From the NCBI GenBank assembly GCA_963793705.1, contig CAWCBC010000011.1, positions 65,351 through 129,350 of the forward strand: DNA of 64,000 bases, given 5' to 3'. This stretch comes from an uncultured Acidobacteriota bacterium. Lineage in GTDB: Bacteria > Acidobacteriota > Vicinamibacteria > Vicinamibacterales > UBA2999. Of the stretch, positions 61,258 through 64,000 are shown in pieces. The position numbers and the translations under genes were made by a program. Within the stretch, counting starts at the first letter, position 1. Each line of letters opens with the position of its first letter. Under the pieces are notes generated by a model, which was given only the letters and a program-made list of their open reading frames with translations, did not search any database and had not been told where the DNA came from.

Positions 61258-62101
61258 TTAGTCGGCTGTTGGCCGCTCAATACTGCGAACGCGCAACACG
61301 CGAACAGGTCCACGGCTCGCCTGAAGCCGGAGCCCGAGTTGCTCGCTTAGCGCAGAAACGAACGCGGCGCTCGCTGCGACCGGATCGGGCGATGCGGCAT
61401 CAGGCCCCCTCGATGCCTGCACGTGAAAGTTGTACTCACCTTCAAGGCCCGTAAAGTCAAACACGGGACGATCGAAAGCCCTGCTTCCCGACAGCGTTCG
61501 CGCCAGCTCTGACATCGTCTTGTTGTTCCCGAGAACTCCAGTCAACACCCCACCACCACTAAAGAAAGTCCCCAAGGTGCAATTTTGGGACATTGGCGGC
61601 TCCTTGGCAGGCGGCTCATTACTTACGGGTATAACGCCATCGCGTTTACACGCGAACGGCGCCGGCGTGATCGCCGATCCCAGACGACCGTCAGCATGCA
61701 CACGGACCAGGCGATAGATCGGCTGGTCCTGCTGCGTTTCAAACCCAGCGTCCAGTCGAAAGCGCGTCCGTAACACGCTCCTGACCATCTCGCGAAACTC
61801 GGGCACTCGCGTGTCCTTCGTCGTGGTTCCTCGGACAGTGAAGCGTACCGTGTCCATCCATTCAGGACCTCCCACGACCTCGCGTGGCTGGAAGGTTGTA
61901 CGCCCATCGAATGAGTAAAGAAGAAGTGGCATGGCTCATTGAGAGCGATCGTGGGGTTATCGACATGGGGGAACCAGACGTCCCGCTGCGGTCCTCCTTG
62001 ACGGACACGACGTCAAACGCCAACTCGCTCTGAGACGTGACGACGTTGATCGAAATGACAACCAGGACCAGCGGCGAAAGCACACGCAACAGGAACTTCA
62101 T
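61258..62101 (-). CDS. TIGR03435-like soil-associated (acidobacterial) secreted protein; one frame break near 61930
   Basis: The signal MKFLLRVLSPLVLVVISINVVTSQ...AFDVVSVK is in the tail of ORF 61862..63082. ORF 61258..61932 ends ...LSEQLGLRLQASRGPVRVLRVRSIERPTAD, the typical family C-terminus. Confidence 0.7.
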
Positions 62102-62112
62102 ATCGTGAACCT

Positions 62113-63252
<1,140 letters not shown>

Positions 63253-63277
63253 TGGAGTCTCCAGTGATCGATGCCAG

Positions 63278-63304
63278 ATTCTCGGTTCCCAGTTCGCGTT
63301 CAGG
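63278..63304. repeat. Short GTTC-rich island between the lnt stop and the prfB start
   Basis: attctcggttcccagttcgcgttcagg. It shares ttctcggttc and gttcagg words with the islands at 33315 and 61201. Confidence 0.55.
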
Positions 63305-64000
63305 TTAGTGATCGCAGTCGGTGTCACGACGAGCGCACGACGCGACGCAGCGACCATCGCGATGGCCAGGTAGGCCACCACGTCGCCGATTGCCGTGTAG
63401 ACCGTGCGGCCGGTCAGGAATCGTGCCTCCGTCGACCAGGCCCACCTGTTCAAAGATAGCCGACTGCGCGACCACGCGGCCATAGGGGTCGATGACGCCG
63501 CTGATGCCGGTGTTCGCGGCGCGCGCCAGGTAGCGGCCGTGCTCGATGGCGCGCATCGACGCCATCGCAAAGTGCTGATACGGCGCCGACGAGTGCCCGT
63601 ACCAGGCGTCGTTGGTGATCGTCGTCAGCAGCTCACTGCCGCGCGAGCACCGCCTCACGCACCAGCGACGGGTAGACCACTTCGTAACAAATCGCCGTGC
63701 TCGCCCGATGCATCCCGACGGGCAGCATCGACCATCGAGTCGCCAGGTGAAAACGGCGCGAACCCGGCGAGCGTCTGCACCAGCGGCGGGAAGACGGTCA
63801 GCCAGTCGGCCATCGGCACGAACTCGCCGAACGGCACCAGGTGAATCTTCCGGTACACCGCCGACGTCGTCCCGTCGGGAGCCAGCTGAAAGGCGGCGTT
63901 GTAATGCGTCTCGATCTGCGGCTGGCCGCCTGACGGTCGAGGACGTCTGATCGCTTCCGAACAGGATCGGGACACCCACCTCGCGCGCGAGGTCGCGCAT
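63305..64000 (-). CDS. lnt: Apolipoprotein N-acyltransferase, C-terminal (CN-hydrolase) part; gene continues beyond window end; frame interrupted
   Basis: ORF 63305..64000 (...ITNDAWYGHSSAPYQHFAMASMRAIEHGRYLARAANTGISGVIDPYGRVV...). ORF 63655..63975 (YRKIHLVPFGEFVP). Confidence 0.85.
   Translation of the reverse strand: MRDLAREVGVPILFGSDQTSSTVRRPAADRDALQRRLSAGSRRDDVGGVPEDSPGAVRRVRADGRLADRLPAAGADARRVRAVFTWRLDGRCCPSGCIGRARRFVTKWSTRRWCVRRCSRGSELLTTITNDAWYGHSSAPYQHFAMASMRAIEHGRYLARAANTGISGVIDPYGRVVAQSAIFEQVGLVDGGTIPDRPHGLHGNRRRGGLPGHRDGRCVASCARRDTDCDH

Overview
GC-rich bacterial chromosomal segment (by eye high-60s % GC) with about 75 genes, almost all housekeeping and mostly on the minus strand. 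The likely source is an Acidobacteriota-type genome, because two lineage-typical families are present: a TIGR03435-like soil-associated protein and a VWFA-related acidobacterial-type protein. Gene order from left to right:
- ETF-QO, etfA, etfB, then fabF-acpP-fabG-fabD-plsX-rpmF-yceD.
- dgt-like, deoB, hfq, miaA.
- A MerR/TipAS-like regulator and a TonB-like protein.
- A futalosine-route menaquinone cluster: ubiE/menG, a UbiA-family prenyltransferase, an amidohydrolase, a MqnC/E radical-SAM enzyme, mqnA and a Cys-less MqnC/E-like paralog.
- An outer-membrane/lipid A block: Gfo/Idh/MocA oxidoreductase, lpxI, lpxA, fabZ, skp, bamA.
- clpC, an ABM-family protein, a GarR-like dehydrogenase, a secreted hydrolase-like protein, lolD/lolE-like genes, lysS, nusB, ribH, small membrane proteins and a VWA protein.
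- A membrane spermidine-synthase-like protein, guaB, an SRPBCC protein, a PfkB kinase, mtnP, an MBL hydrolase, mce, meaB and an acyl-CoA dehydrogenase.
- A small OM beta-barrel and two tandem secreted paralogs.
- hemW, a DnaC-like ATPase, and hspR-dnaJ-dnaK.
- PBP1A, a TIGR03435-like protein, prfB and a partial lnt.

I saw no rRNA, tRNA, CRISPR array, transposase, integrase or recognisable defence system. I cannot point to a convincing new multi-gene system.

The unusual signals are of three kinds:
1. Most conserved genes are broken into several frames by single-base indels. A few stretches are intact (clpC, the PfkB kinase, mtnP). This looks like homopolymer-type sequence error, so every CDS boundary given here is approximate.
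2. Several families of intergenic palindromes and repeats are present. They include a roughly 310-bp imperfect palindrome upstream of dnaK, a 32-bp-stem hairpin inside a 600-bp non-coding gap, an AT-rich AATGCAAA motif array, direct repeats bracketing clpC, and TTAA-centred REP-like hairpins.
3. prfB carries the canonical programmed +1 frameshift site.
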